Of a stretch of DNA of 64,000 nucleotides, positions 13,635-26,270 are shown piece by piece. This DNA is from Octopus sinensis (taxonomy: Eukaryota), in the NCBI RefSeq assembly GCF_006345805.1, contig NC_043009.1, forward strand, positions 17,732,001-17,796,000, written 5' to 3'. Under the pieces are notes generated by a model. The model saw only the letters and a list, made by a program, of their open reading frames with translations, was not told where the DNA came from and searched no databases. The translations under genes were made by a program, and so were the position numbers. Each line of letters starts with the position of its first letter. Within the stretch, counting starts at the first letter, position 1.

Positions 13635-13642
<8 letters not shown>
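12398..13642. repeat. 545-bp tandem unit plus 802-bp palindrome (12841-13642), pLTR-like, containing hammerhead-like motifs
   Basis: aaaagggc at 12404 and 12949 gives the period of 545; the palindrome is centred on AGATCT at 13239-13244; at least 2 substitutions differ between the arms. Confidence 0.92.
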
Positions 13643-13675
<33 letters not shown>

Positions 13676-14723
13676 CAATAAGTAACAAGGATGTCCAGGT
13701 ATTATTGCATTATGGCCATTTGAAGTGGTTCTATTTAATCAATCAATTCAAGCATTACATCAATTTGAAATAATCCACTTTCCTTGGATGCATAAGACCA
13801 TATGGGTTTTTAACATACAGGATACTCCATTATAATTTTTTAGTAAATTTTTCATCAGAACTAGAGAATAAAAGAATTACATGCTTATTGCTATTATTGT
13901 AGCAGAATGAACTTGGGGAGAAAATACCCAAAGGCTGCTATAATTTGGAGTGACAGAAGAGAATAACAATGGGGGTCAAGAAATGGTAATATAGCTACAT
14001 TAATGGTTCTCTTTATCACAGCCAAAAGATCCAATGCAGTTAGTATTCTAAATCCACTTAGAATCAAAACTACTGGGAATTGACAGTTAAGTTCTTGCTG
14101 CTGGTAATAAATTAATTTATGTCAGATATTCTTCCCTACCCCTGTTTTAATGTGACTATAAAATTTGCCAAGACTACATAAAAGAACATGCCTCAGAAGA
14201 TGCCAACAAGATAATGGTATATATCCAGAAAGAGGAAGAACAGAGGTGACTTAAACTATATTATGATTATCAATCAAAAGGGGCTTAAAAATAGAAAACA
14301 GTGAGATCTAAGTGGGTATTAAGGTACAGGGAAAAAATTGTATATCCAAATTTAGTAAAATTTATATACTATTATATTTTGTATATTAAATAATATAATT
14401 TAGAAAGGGATTTAAGGATCAAGTAAGGGCATTCTCCTCTCTCCTCCCACAGTCACCTGTAAGGATCCCAGCTATGGGTTAACAGACAAATCCTACAGTG
14501 GTTGGGGTGGGGGTGGGGGTGGGGGAGAATGGTAGAATGCAGTCACTGTATTCCCTGCGAGGCACAAGAAGCAACTAAAAGGGATGGGAGCAAAGGGACT
14601 GGGAATCCATTCCTCCAAGTAATTCTGTTTCCTAAAAAGACAACAGATATGTTTATGAATTTGTGTGGCAAGATTTCTGATGTGAAGTCATCTACTGAAA
14701 CAGATATTGTTGTATTTCAGAAT

Positions 14724-15064
14724 TCTTTTATTTTTTTATTTGTTTCAGTCACCGCCTTTAGTCGAGCAAATCGACTCCAGGACTTATTCTTTGTAAGCCA
14801 AGTACTTATTCTATTAGTTTCTTTTGCTGAACTACTAAGTTACAGGGATGTAAACACACCAGCATCGGTTGTCAAACAATGGTGCGGGGACAAACACATA
14901 CACACAAACATATACACACACATACATACATAACTAAATCCACTCACAAGGCTTTGGTCGACCCGAGGCTATAGTAGAAGACACATGCCCAAGGTGTCAT
15001 GCAGTGGGACTGAACCCAGACCATGTGGTTGGTAAGCAAGCTACTTACCACACAGCCACTCCTG
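14724..15064 (-). mobile_element. tRNA-derived SINE, family A
   Basis: Head ggagtggctgtgtggtaagtagcttgc..ggttcagtcccactgc, core ccttgggcatgtgtcttctactatagcc, and tail homologous to the family gtgctccagcatggcc..ctgaaacaa end. Confidence 0.85.
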
Positions 15065-15324
15065 CGACTACTTACCCCACAGCCACTTCTGTGCCTACCA
15101 AATAAACACACGCACTATATATTTGTTCTTCACTTATTTATTACCATTCTTATTCTAACTCATGTCTATTGTCTGGAATAGGAACAGTTACAAACAAGGG
15201 AAGAATGAATATATAGTGCACCTGTTTATTTGGCAACAATAAAAAAATGATCATCTTGAAATACAACCATATATATACATATATATTGTACACGGGTTAT
15301 TTCTATATATTATTATACGCACAC

Positions 15325-15363
<39 letters not shown>

Positions 15364-17601
15364 CACACACACACACACGCACGCACACACACACACACAC
15401 ACACACATGCACACACACACACATATATATATCCTTTCCCATTATTTGTTTCAGTCATAAGACCCCCTTGGAGAATTTTTTAGTGAAACAAATTGACTGC
15501 AGAACTTTTTGCTTCTTTAAGCCTGATACTTATTCCACTGGTCTCCTTTGCCCAACCACTAAGTTATAGGGAGATAAACGCACCAACACTGGTTGTCAAA
15601 GGGTAATGGGGGTACAAACATGCTCATGCACACACACACACATTCCACTTATATTTACTGGTATCTGATTGTTGGACATTTATAACCAAATTCTTTTAGT
15701 ACTGAGTGCTTTATTGATATCTGCCAGGAATTTTTAATCCCATTTTTTCTCCTAATTATATATATATATATATATAGGATCATTTGTAAAAAACATAAAT
15801 CCAAAAGAAGAAGCACACTCTAAGATGTAGGGTAGTGTATATTAATATATATATGTATGTATATTTAGGACTGGCTTCTTTCAGTTTCTGTTTGCCAGAT
15901 CCATGTACATTTCTCTGTACATGTGGTGCATGTATTGTGGTGGTATTGTGATAAACTGTGGTATAAAGTACCAGATGATATTAAGAAGAAATGAAACAGC
16001 AACAACATGGCCATCATCTGACACATCAGAATAAGACCAGCAGGAAGCACCACTATGAAGTAGCCAATGAGAACACATCAATGTTTAGCGTTGGTGGCCA
16101 AATTTCCAACAGTAATCTCTCTGCCATCATCGAAATAGGACTATGTGTTTTAATTTATAAATCTTAGGACCATGACCAAATCAATGCGATGATCACAGCT
16201 AGGAATGCTGATTGAATGATGCATTCAATCAGCTATCTCTGCACCATCAATTTGTTCTTGCAGACATGATCAGGGATAGCTATCAACTACAACAATGAAT
16301 ATCAACTCTCTCTGTCTGTCTGTCTGTCTGTCTCTCCCCCCTCTTCTCTCTCTTTCTCTTCATATTATGTGTTGGGGTGTATGTATGCGTGTATACACAC
16401 ACACACACACACACATAAAATGTAAATGCATTTATATGTAAATATGTCTATCTGTTAGCCTATCCAAATATACATACTTTAACATAAATGTATCTGTTTA
16501 TCTATTTGTCTATCTAAATACATTCAGACACACACACATACGTAGCAGTTAACATTAACTGAAATAAAAGACTAAGTATAAATGTAGAGCAGATCTTTTT
16601 AATAATTTTATTAATAGTAACTTCGAAGTTTGCACCGTGTAAATGTCCCATGCAACCTCATGATATGGAGAAGCTGATGACCTGCAAAAATTCAATGTAG
16701 CAAGCTGTAAAATTATGTAACACACATGTATACACACGCACGCATGCACACACACACACACACAAACAAACAGAAACAAATGCACGTATATCTGGAAACT
16801 GAACCTCACACAAGAGATAACAAAAGAACGCAATCAGTAACAGGATGTTGTGTCAGAGAGGAGTCCTCAAACCCATGCACGCATGAAAAACAGATGTAAA
16901 AGTGATAATGTTGATGAGAAGAAGGAGGAGGAATAGGAGGATATAAACATAGAGGATATAAACATATATTTATGTGTTTTTGTGTGTGTGTGTGTGTGTA
17001 AATGCAATAGAAACAATTGTTGGCTTTATAAGGTGAGATCTATAATAAAGATGAAATTTTCTCTGTATGTATTGTTTTGTTGTCAAGTACCCTGAATTTC
17101 TCAAAATTCTGCCAAAGGATATTTGGATTTACCTGTCAAGCATGAGGATATACCTGGGATCTATATTCGACTTACATTTACTTGTCTCTAATTGTTGAAC
17201 ATTTGTAACCGAATACTTTTAATACTGCATGCTCTATTGGTATCTGTTTGGATTTTTTAATCCCATTTTTTCTTATAAACACTGAGTATCTATTTAATTC
17301 ACTGTGTGAGTGTATGTGCACCAAACCACACATGTACGTATGCTTATATCCTCATGGATGTCTGTACAAGTGAGTGTAAGTGCTCCATGCAACCTAAGCA
17401 AGGGCGTTCATACATCCATATCTGTTAAAAATTATATTTAATAATTTTTCCACTGTATTGTGTATTTGTTTCTTTTTGCATCTCTTATTTCTTATTGATC
17501 TATAAAAATGAAAGTTGTATCCCTTAATTGGCGGTTTTTCTATACACAAACCGGGAAGGTAACTTGTGGAATAGTCATTATTTTAATGAGATATATCTTG
17601 T

Positions 17602-17709
17602 AATCCCCTGAAGAGACACATCTATACCAACTGATACTCTTAAACCAGTTGATAAGTATCCCACCTGCAAGTGATTGATGCTAGTTGGGTCGAAACAAAT
17701 GTAGTGATT
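17602..17709 (+). ncRNA. Type-I hammerhead ribozyme motif with an extended stem II, in a probable pLTR fragment
   Basis: aatccc-CTGAAGA-GAC..(71 nt)..GTC-GAAA-caaatg-TA-gtgatt; stem I pairs 5/6 bp; predicted cleavage after GUA. Confidence 0.65.
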
Positions 17710-17839
17710 AATAAACATCCTTGTATCATCCACCTCTCTCATTAATCAAATACACACACACACACACACACACGACAGAAGTAAATAGACACCATTATAC
17801 TCAATAAAATTAATTTAAATCTGAAATTATACACTTGAC

Positions 17840-18110
17840 CACAAGCAGAAAATACAGCAAATTCGGACACATCAGAGAATATAACAGTGTCCCAAAATGC
17901 TAGTGGCCTCTCCACCATCTCACTGGCCCAATCTTTTCCCCACTTAATATTGGCTGATCGAAGAAGTGACTTCCTTTTAGCTGCTTTGCCATAGTAACCA
18001 AGTTTGTGGAGATACCTGACAGCTGTTCTGGGACTAACATCAACTTGTTCTGCTATGTCAGAGGATTTGCAACAAGGATTGTCCTCCACACTTAGCAAAG
18101 CTAAGGGTCC
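17840..18110 (-). pseudogene. Tc1 transposase fragment (HTH to first catalytic D)
   Basis: DIAEQVDVSPRTAVRYLHKLGYYGKAAKRKSLL..WDTVIFSD in ORF 17742-18227. Confidence 0.85.
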
Positions 18111-18482
18111 TGTCTGGGCAAGGTAATGTGGAATCCCTGCCCTCCCTGCCGAATTGCACAATAACTTTATTAACTGTAGAAAGTGGGATCCAAAGGTTTT
18201 ATGTGATTTTACTCTGACTAGGTCCACCTTAAGATTGACTTGATATACAGCCTCTTGGAAATTTGAACAGTTCCAAGCCTTTTTTTGTATGTGGCATGAT
18301 TAAACAGTTACATATAGAACTGGAACCATAAATATGTCAAATAATAAAAAATACAAACCTTTTCTAGTTAAAATAAGTATAAAACAATGTTTTATGGTGT
18401 GTCTATTTACTTTTGTCATGTGTGTGTGTGTGTGTGTGTATACATACATGCATACATATACATATATTCTTGTATATAAATA

Positions 18483-19107
18483 TGAAGGGAAGTCAAAAAT
18501 TATCCGCACTTTCCCCATAACATATCTTTATTATTGTCACACTGCCTTCTGTGCATGTTTACTTATAGTTGGTACTATTGTGGTCACATGATAGAAGATT
18601 GAGCCTGTCATGTCATTTTTCTTTCTGGCTTTACAGCGAAATCGTGGCCATCCACTAAGAATGTGCACCAATGAAAAACAAAAAGCAGTGATCTGAGAGA
18701 TGGTAATGGTGAACCAGTTCATCAATCTCTCAAGCTTGCTGAGTCTTCTCGTCAGTGGTGGAGGAGGTTGAAGGGCGTCTTGCCCCCTCTTCATGCATCA
18801 CACTTGACTGACCACTTTTAACCTTCTTGATCCACTCATCCACTCATACACCACTGCGCAGTGGTGCACTGTCTCCATGTTGTGTTAAAAGCCTCCAATG
18901 AATTCCAACACCTGACACCTTCCAGCCAGAGAAATTGGATCACTGTTCTTTGTTCTTCTTGGCTGCACATTTGCTAATGGAGTGGCCATGCTTACACTGT
19001 AAAGACAAAAAGAAAAATGACATGATCTGGCTCAAACTTCAATCACAGTGTGACAATAATAAAGATATGTTATGGGGAAAGTGCAGATAATCTTTGACTT
19101 CCCCTTG
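18483..19107 (-). mobile_element. Non-autonomous mariner derivative
   Basis: ~60-bp TIRs (gaagggaagtcaaaaattatccgcactttccccataacatatc..), TA flanks, and an internal transposase N-terminal remnant (frameshifted EWIKKVKSGQSSVMHEEGARRPST). Confidence 0.88.
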
Positions 19108-19137
19108 TATATACATGCATATATTTTTGTATATATC

Positions 19138-19355
19138 ACCATCATCATCATCATCGTTTAACGTCCGTTATCTGTGCTAGCATGGGTTGGACAGTTCGAC
19201 CGGGGTCTGGGAAGCCAGGAGGCTGCACAAGGCTCCAGTCTGATCTGGCAGTGTTTCTACAGCTGGATGCCCTTCCTAATGCCAACCACTCTGTGAGTGT
19301 AGTGATTGCTTTTTACGTGCCACCGGCACAGGTGCCAGGGTAGGCTGGCAATGGC
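19138..19355 (-). mobile_element. RTE 3'-end fragment with (CAT)n tail
   Basis: Matches the 3' UTR at 9209-9320 and 26080-26270. Confidence 0.85.
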
Positions 19356-19566
19356 TATATACATACATAGATACATACATACATACATACATACATACAT
19401 ACAAACATACATACATACATACATACATACATACATACAAACATACATACATACATACATACATACATTCTCAACTTAGCAATAAGCTTAAGAAAACCAG
19501 GAATTCCTTCCTTGGCTGCTTAATGGCTATAGACTGGATCACTACTTCCATCAATGTCAAGCACTC

Positions 19567-20121
19567 TTAAAAACATCTAATGCTGCCTGGGAATATACAA
19601 GCCAAAAAGTTTGCACCTGGATTAAAATTATAAACTTAACTACCTATAACCCAATTACACTATAATACAAAATTCAATTAATTAAATTACAAAAATCAAT
19701 AATTAAGTCATTCAACAATTCAATAAGCAATAAATAACACAAAGAATAAACTAAGATATAAATTTAACTAATCAGCATAGATGCACTATAACGAACAAAT
19801 ATTGCCAACTACCTTAAACACATTCAGAAACATATAACAACCAACTATGGACATTTTATGTCCTCATACACACACACACATTCTAAATGAGATATGTCTA
19901 TTGATTGAACCACACAACCTATAGTGAAAAAGCACAACTCAAACATTCTTAACAACTTATATAACATGAAATCGAATTACTAAATAAATAATTTAATAAT
20001 CCCAATAAAATTAACATTTCTATTCACCAGGAAACCTGTCTGACCATCTGTCTCCTGCAAGTGCTTTGGCCAAAAAAATGATCAGAGTAAACTTGAATGC
20101 AGCAAAAGTGGCAGCAATCAT
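19567..20121 (-). CDS. Candidate two-exon 47-aa ORF with signal-peptide-like N-terminus (exons 20121-20028 and 19616-19567)
   Basis: Acceptor ttttgtcttgactcttctcaccag|ATG, donor CTG|gtgaat, acceptor ttttaatccag|GT. The splice gives MIAATFAAFKFTLIIFLAKALAGDRWSDRFPGANFLACIFPGSIRCF*. No homology recognised. Confidence 0.3.
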
Positions 20122-20442
20122 CTGGTGAGAAGAGTCAAGACAAAACATTTATTGACCACTGAAGGCCATTCTTTCTTACCCCAACCCAAATGCAGTCTAT
20201 CTAAGCATAACTATCTGACTGTAAAGACACTCCTTAGTGAATTCTATATTTTCTATAATTCCATACATACCTTACCACTTATTTTATTAACATACTTAAC
20301 ATTTTAATGTAGTTTCAACGAAACCCTAGGGAGTGGATTTGACAGATAAAAACTGAAAGCAGTCCATCATATATAAACATGCATGCATGCACACGCATGG
20401 GTGTGTGTGTGGATACGTATATATATATATATTATATATATC

Positions 20443-20810
20443 TTTTATCGGTTTCAGTGATTAGACTGTGTCCCTTCTGGGGTACTGCTTTGAGGAACTT
20501 TTAGTCAAATTAATCAACCCCAGTACTTTTTTAAAGTCTGGTACTTACTCTATCAGTTTCTTTTTGCCAAGTTACAGGGAGCTAAACAAACCAGCACCAG
20601 TTGTCAAGTGGGTGTGGGGGACAAACCGACACACACACACACACATGCACACACACACGATAGACTTCTTTCAGTTCCTGCCTACCAAGTCCACTTACAA
20701 AGCTTTTGTCGGCCCAAGGCTGTTGTAGAAGACACTTGCCCAAGGTGCTATGCAATGGGATTGAATCCAGAACCATGTGATTGAGAAGCAAACTTCTTGT
20801 GACTCAGCCA
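20443..20810 (-). mobile_element. SINE family A
   Basis: Collinear with 14724-15064. Confidence 0.8.
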
Positions 20811-20860
20811 CGTCTGGAATGAACAGGCTTTAATTGCAAAATGCAAATATCATTTCTCTA

Positions 20861-20948
20861 CAGTGGTAACAGCTGTTGACTGCTGAGTCTTCCATATTCT
20901 GTCATCATATGATATGGAAGACTCAGCAACCTACAGCTGTCACCACTG
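20861..20948 (-). ncRNA. Pre-miRNA-like hairpin (37-bp stem, 14-nt loop)
   Basis: On the minus strand the stem has one A-A mismatch and three G-U pairs; on the plus strand it has four mismatches. Confidence 0.45.
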
Positions 20949-20981
20949 GACAGACACAATCGTTGTGTTTTGCTACTAAAG

Positions 20982-21413
20982 CCTATTCATTCCATCTTGG
21001 CTTACTCTTTACTTGTTTCAGCCAGTTGACTGCGGCCATGCTGGAGCACTGCCTTTAGTCGAGCAAATCGACACCAGGACTTATTCTTTGTAAGCCTAGT
21101 ACTTATTCTATCAGTCTCTTTTGTCAAACTGCTAAGTTGTCAAGTGAAGGTGGGGGGACAGAGACATACACACACAAATACATATATACAGTAATCCCTT
21201 GTCTATTGCGAGTATTATGTTCCAAAACCCCACGCAATAGGTGAAAATCCATGAAGTAGAAACAGTACTGTACTGTATATTTTTTTATTATTTTTATAAT
21301 TTGTATATACTTAATTTATTATAAATGCAAAACAACACCATGGAGGAATCAACATAAGCTTAAATAAGAAACTGCGATAGGTGAATCGGGATATGGCGAG
21401 ACATTACTGTGCG

Positions 21414-21445
<32 letters not shown>

Positions 21446-21580
21446 TCTTCTTTCAGTTTTCGTCTCACAAGACTTTGGATAGTAGAAGGCTATAGTAGAA
21501 GACACTAGCCCAAGGTGCTACGCAGTGGGACCAAACCTGGAACCATGTTGTTGGGAAGCAAGCTTCTTACCACACAGCCA
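20982..21580 (-). mobile_element. SINE family A interrupted by a MITE
   Basis: Tail at 20985-21160 and head at 21440-21580; the MITE sits in the internal (CA/TA) tract. Confidence 0.8.
21189..21409. mobile_element. Tigger/pogo-like MITE
   Basis: TIRs cagtaatcccttgtc.. / ..ggcgagacattactg, with TA immediately 5'. Confidence 0.7.
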
Positions 21581-22020
21581 TGCTTCACCAGCCCTAATTT
21601 CCCTTCTAATTACGCTGATTGTAAACTCATGGATTACTGCATGGGAGCACCATTGAGAACGACCCCAACTGCTCTACCTGCAACACCATAGCTGAGCTGT
21701 TGGTCAAGGTGAAGGAAGAGTTTGAAGATCATCTCAGGGACACAGTGAAGAATGCATGTGCCAGGTTTGGGAGCTATTTTGAGGTTGTGGTGGAAGTAGA
21801 GGGCTGCTATTTGAATAAACTGTCATCTCTCAGTGATAATGTAGTTGGATATGATTTATCAAAATATTTTAATTTTTTGATGGGATATTGTGTTTTTTTT
21901 TCTTTTATGCAAACTGTCAAATTTAACCTGAACACCGTGTATAGGATGTGCAACAATGTGATATCACACAGGTGGTGAATGATACAAGTATCAAATGGTA
22001 ATATATCCCACAGAAACAGT

Positions 22021-22230
22021 GGTGAGCTGGGAGAATTGTTAGCATGCCAGGCAAAATGCTTAGTGGCATTTCTTCCGTCTACACATTCTGAATTCGAACT
22101 CCACTGGGGGCAGCTTTGCTTTTCATCCCTTCAGGGTTGATAAAATAAGTACCAGTTGAGCACTAATGATGAAGTAGCTGACTTAGCCCCTTCCCCAAAA
22201 CTGCTGACCTTGTGCCAAAATTTAAAACCA
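22021..22230 (+). mobile_element. SINE family B
   Basis: Same head and core as 7396-7606. Confidence 0.8.
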
Positions 22231-24177
22231 ATCTTTGGTTTAGTAGGATATGTCTCATTAATCATATTCAGAGAAAATATTGGAATGATACAACGATTAT
22301 ATAAAAGATGGATGATGGCTGCTGAAATATCACACCAATGATAGACATGGAGAGTGATATCAAAACACACACACATGATGGGTATGGAGAGTGAGGTATT
22401 ACATTAGCTGAAGCTAGTGGCTGGTGTGATATCATGTTCATGCTGATCAAACTCATGGTGGTAGATTATTTTGATGTGATATTTTCTCTCATGAATGTCT
22501 ACCAAATATGGGTGAAATAACATTTAAACGCCGTCTTTTTCTCATCAAAAATGACAGAGAAAGTCGTTTCCTTTTATTTGCTTTATTGCCTCTTTTATTG
22601 TTCTTATGAAGTACCAAAAGCAACGCCACCACCTTCACCATATCAATGCATTCCTGTGCTTTCACATAAATAAAAGCTAGTCCAGCTGCCTGCATACCCT
22701 TGCATATTTCTCTCCCCACAATACCACATCACACACCACATTGCAATGGCAACAGTCAATAACCACTGAATGCCACTATTTAAATTGCACTTGATCAATA
22801 AATTGTTTGATAAAAGCACTTTTGCTTATTGGATTACAAAATATATCACTCAAGGTATTAATAAAATATCTTTAATTAGAAACAGTTCACCCTGAATGGT
22901 AGCTGTGAATTTTATTAACGTACGACATCACTAACTGTTGTCTTGGGTACATTATATTCTAACAATCTGCCCTGTTGTTTATTCGTGTGCAAGTCATATC
23001 TGTGATAATGAGCTGCTTCATACGGCTGTTATATATTTACAGAGGCTGCTGACAGTTTTAGGCAACTCACAAAGCACTTAGTCAGGTTATGGTAGTATAT
23101 GTGTGCCATGTCACTTGATTTGTTTGTGTATGTCTTATTTTCTATTAGAAGAAAGAATAGAAAAGTTAGCTTTTCAATAGAACTGACATGAGGTAAAATC
23201 ATGATAAAAGTATTGTACTTTCCCATATCCTGGGGCAATGGGCTCCGTGATTTCAGCTTCAACCCATGGTATTGGAAACTTAGTGTAATAAAAATTAATA
23301 AAATAAAAATAAATAATAATTAAAATACTAAGGTTACTTGACTTTAGTATGAAATAAGGATTGAATGTATAGTAAAGCTACTAAGTAAGGACTGTTTAGT
23401 TGTTTAATTGTACTGAGTTCACATCCTGCAGAGATACATCCCACCAGGTTCAAGACAGAAATTAAGCAGCCATGCACAAAAAGAAAAAAAATTAACATTG
23501 TGACCAGCAGATGAATTGGTAGAGTGTTGGATAGAATGCATCGCAGGTTTCTTTCTGGTTCTTTGTTCAAATCCTACCAAAGTTCCTTTTTATCCTCCCA
23601 GCTTCACTAAATGAAATATTAATCAAGTACAACCAAAAGCAAATCTTCCTTTTTGACTCGTTTTCTTTTTGGTTATAACCAGCAAGATGCCGTCTTGTAA
23701 AATCTCTCAAAGGAAAGCAACATGGAATCATCTTTATAAAAATTCCATAAAAAAAAGTACTTAGTATCTGTTATAAAAGTAACTGAGGTTGATTTGCTTT
23801 GCATGATGGTGTAATGAAGAGGGAAATGCTGTGAAGCATCGTTATTGTTTACTGGTTACTTAACTTCACTTAACTTAACTGGTTTCAGTCTGTGTTTTAA
23901 TGACACCCATGTAAAAAATATCTTGTTAATATTGTTAGCAATAATATACACAGTTAACATAAGTAAAACCTAATAGTTTCAGAATAATTAACATCTGCAC
24001 ATCACATTTTAGTTGTCACCTTAAGAAAGTTCATTAGTGAAACACTCTTCTACTTCTACTTCCATTCATTGGGGAGATACCATGCTGGGACACTGCATTC
24101 AAGGCAATTCAAGGCAATTGTTATCACCCCCAGTTCATCCCCAGTATTCATTTTAGTCTGGTATTTATTTTATCGAT

Positions 24178-24480
24178 CTTTATTGAATGGCTAGGTTTCC
24201 TTTTGACTTAGAAGAGTATATCTCAATGTACCATTTTATATAAGTATAGACAAATATGGACATAGACACACACACATGTCTGCATATATATATATGTGTA
24301 TGAGTGTGTGTTTGTGTATACATATATGTATACATATATAAACTTGTATACACACATACACATATACATACATATGCATACATGTGTGTATTCATGTCTG
24401 TGTTTGTCTATAGTTATGTAACATGGTACATTGAGATATCCCCTTCTAAATTCAAAAGGTAACTTAGCCATTCAATAAAG
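24178..24480. repeat. Diverged inverted repeat (~100-bp arms) around a TA/CA tract
   Basis: ctttattgaatggctag..caatgtacca is mirrored by tggtacattg..ctaacttagcc-type sequence ending ccattcaataaag. Confidence 0.85.
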
Positions 24481-24871
24481 GATTGATAAGAAGCCCAAAA
24501 GTCATGAGGGTGTTAATAATTTATGTTTTGTTTTAAATTTACAATATCTTAGCACCATATACAATATATATGTAGGAAATGCATTAAGTGGGAAAAAAAA
24601 TAATATCTTGTAAATTACGAATTTAAAAGTTGTAATTAAAACAAATTTATCAAAATTTCAGATCTCTTTACAACTTTTGGGGCATCCTGTGTACACACAC
24701 ACACACACGCACATGCATATTTATGCATATATATATATATGTGTGTATGTCTATATATCTATATATATGTTTTTATGTGTATATGTATATATATATGTAT
24801 ATGGTGTGTGTGCATATACACACACACAGACACACACACACACACACATATATATATACATATATATATAT

Positions 24872-25654
24872 CAGTGGCGACTCTGGGTTTCAGGCTGTTA
24901 GGGCTTAGCCCGAGTATAAATTTTGTAAAGTGGATGTGTATTTTCAAACTGATTTAATTTCTGCCACCACTGACTTCACATGTGTAATTGCAGCCAATAA
25001 CTCGGGCTCCTTTTATTGAGAATGGTCGCAGTTCATTTATTTTCATTCAGAGTCTGGCGGACATCTTAGAGATGCCCTGTGTCAAAATACATCATTCGTA
25101 GCGGACGTTTTCTCGACACCGTTCACACATGTCTGACTCGGGCTCAGAAGTTACAGCCCGAGTTGTTATCTATAATCGTAAAAATTAAAAGTAATTCAAA
25201 TTTAATTTTTTCATGAAACAATAAATTTCTATAAAGATTAGGTTATAAAATCCAATCTGTGAAAAGTTTCCATTCTACCACATTCTTAAAGGGACGAAAA
25301 ATTATCCAGCAACTTGGTCTAATAAGAACGAGGCTGGTAAGTGTAAAAGACTAACAGGCATCTCTTGTCAAGATTACAGGCAACAGTCAGATCGCTGTCA
25401 TTATTTGATTGCAGTTATTCTGTGTGTCTTGTGTAAAGATCAGTTGTGTTTTGCAGGGTTTATCCTTAAATTAGAAATGGAGAAAGACATAGTGTGCTAG
25501 ATATAAAAAAATATAAGCCATTTAGGGCTAGAAATAAAGCAACAAAACATGAAATTCTTTGTGCAGGCATATGTCTTATGTGAAATCTGGGAGGAGCCCA
25601 AGTGACAAAATCTGTGATGAGCCGAGTGATGCTGATGACCTGGAGTCGCCACTG
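24872..25654. mobile_element. Non-autonomous TIR DNA transposon in a (TA)n tract
   Basis: TIRs cagtggcgactc(t)ggg / cctggagtcgccactg; no coding capacity seen. Confidence 0.75.
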
Positions 25655-25756
25655 ATATATATATATATTATAACAAAAGTGAAATTCTGCTTGTCTGGAA
25701 CCACTGTGTCTCATTCTTCATCAGCTCTACATAGACATATACCTTTTGGGAATTAG

Positions 25757-26270
25757 GATGCACTATCCGACTCGTGGCCGATGCCAGCGCCGCCTCCACT
25801 GGCTTCCGTGCCGGTGGCACGTAAAATACACCAATCTGACCGTACGACAGGCACCCATGCCAACCCCCTTGCTTGTGAAGACATGTTGGGGCAAGCGAAA
25901 TCGAAATCGAATTGAACCAGCCAGGATCCCTGGTCTGGTGGTACGTAAAAAGCACTATCCGACTCGTGGCCGATGCCAGCTCCGCCTCGTCTGGCTTCCG
26001 TGCCGGTGGCACATAAAATACACCAATCCGACCGTGGCCATTGCCAGCCTCGCCTGGCACCTGTGCAGGTGGCACGTAAAAAGCACCCACTACACTCACG
26101 GAGTGGTTGGCGTTAGGAAGGGCATCCAGCTGTAGAAACACTGCCAGATAAGACTGGAGCCTGGTGCAGCCTTCTGGCTTCCCAGATCCCCGGTCGAACC
26201 GTCCAACCCATGCTAGCATGGACAACGGACGTTAAACGATGATGATGATGATGATGATGAGGATGATGAT
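25757..26270 (+). mobile_element. RTE 3' UTR fragment with subrepeats and (GAT)n tail
   Basis: Homologous to 9209-9600; CpG-rich, so likely young. Confidence 0.85.

Noticed and set aside
13680-14300. Possible decayed Penelope RT next to the palindrome
   Set aside because: No motif could be read convincingly in any frame.
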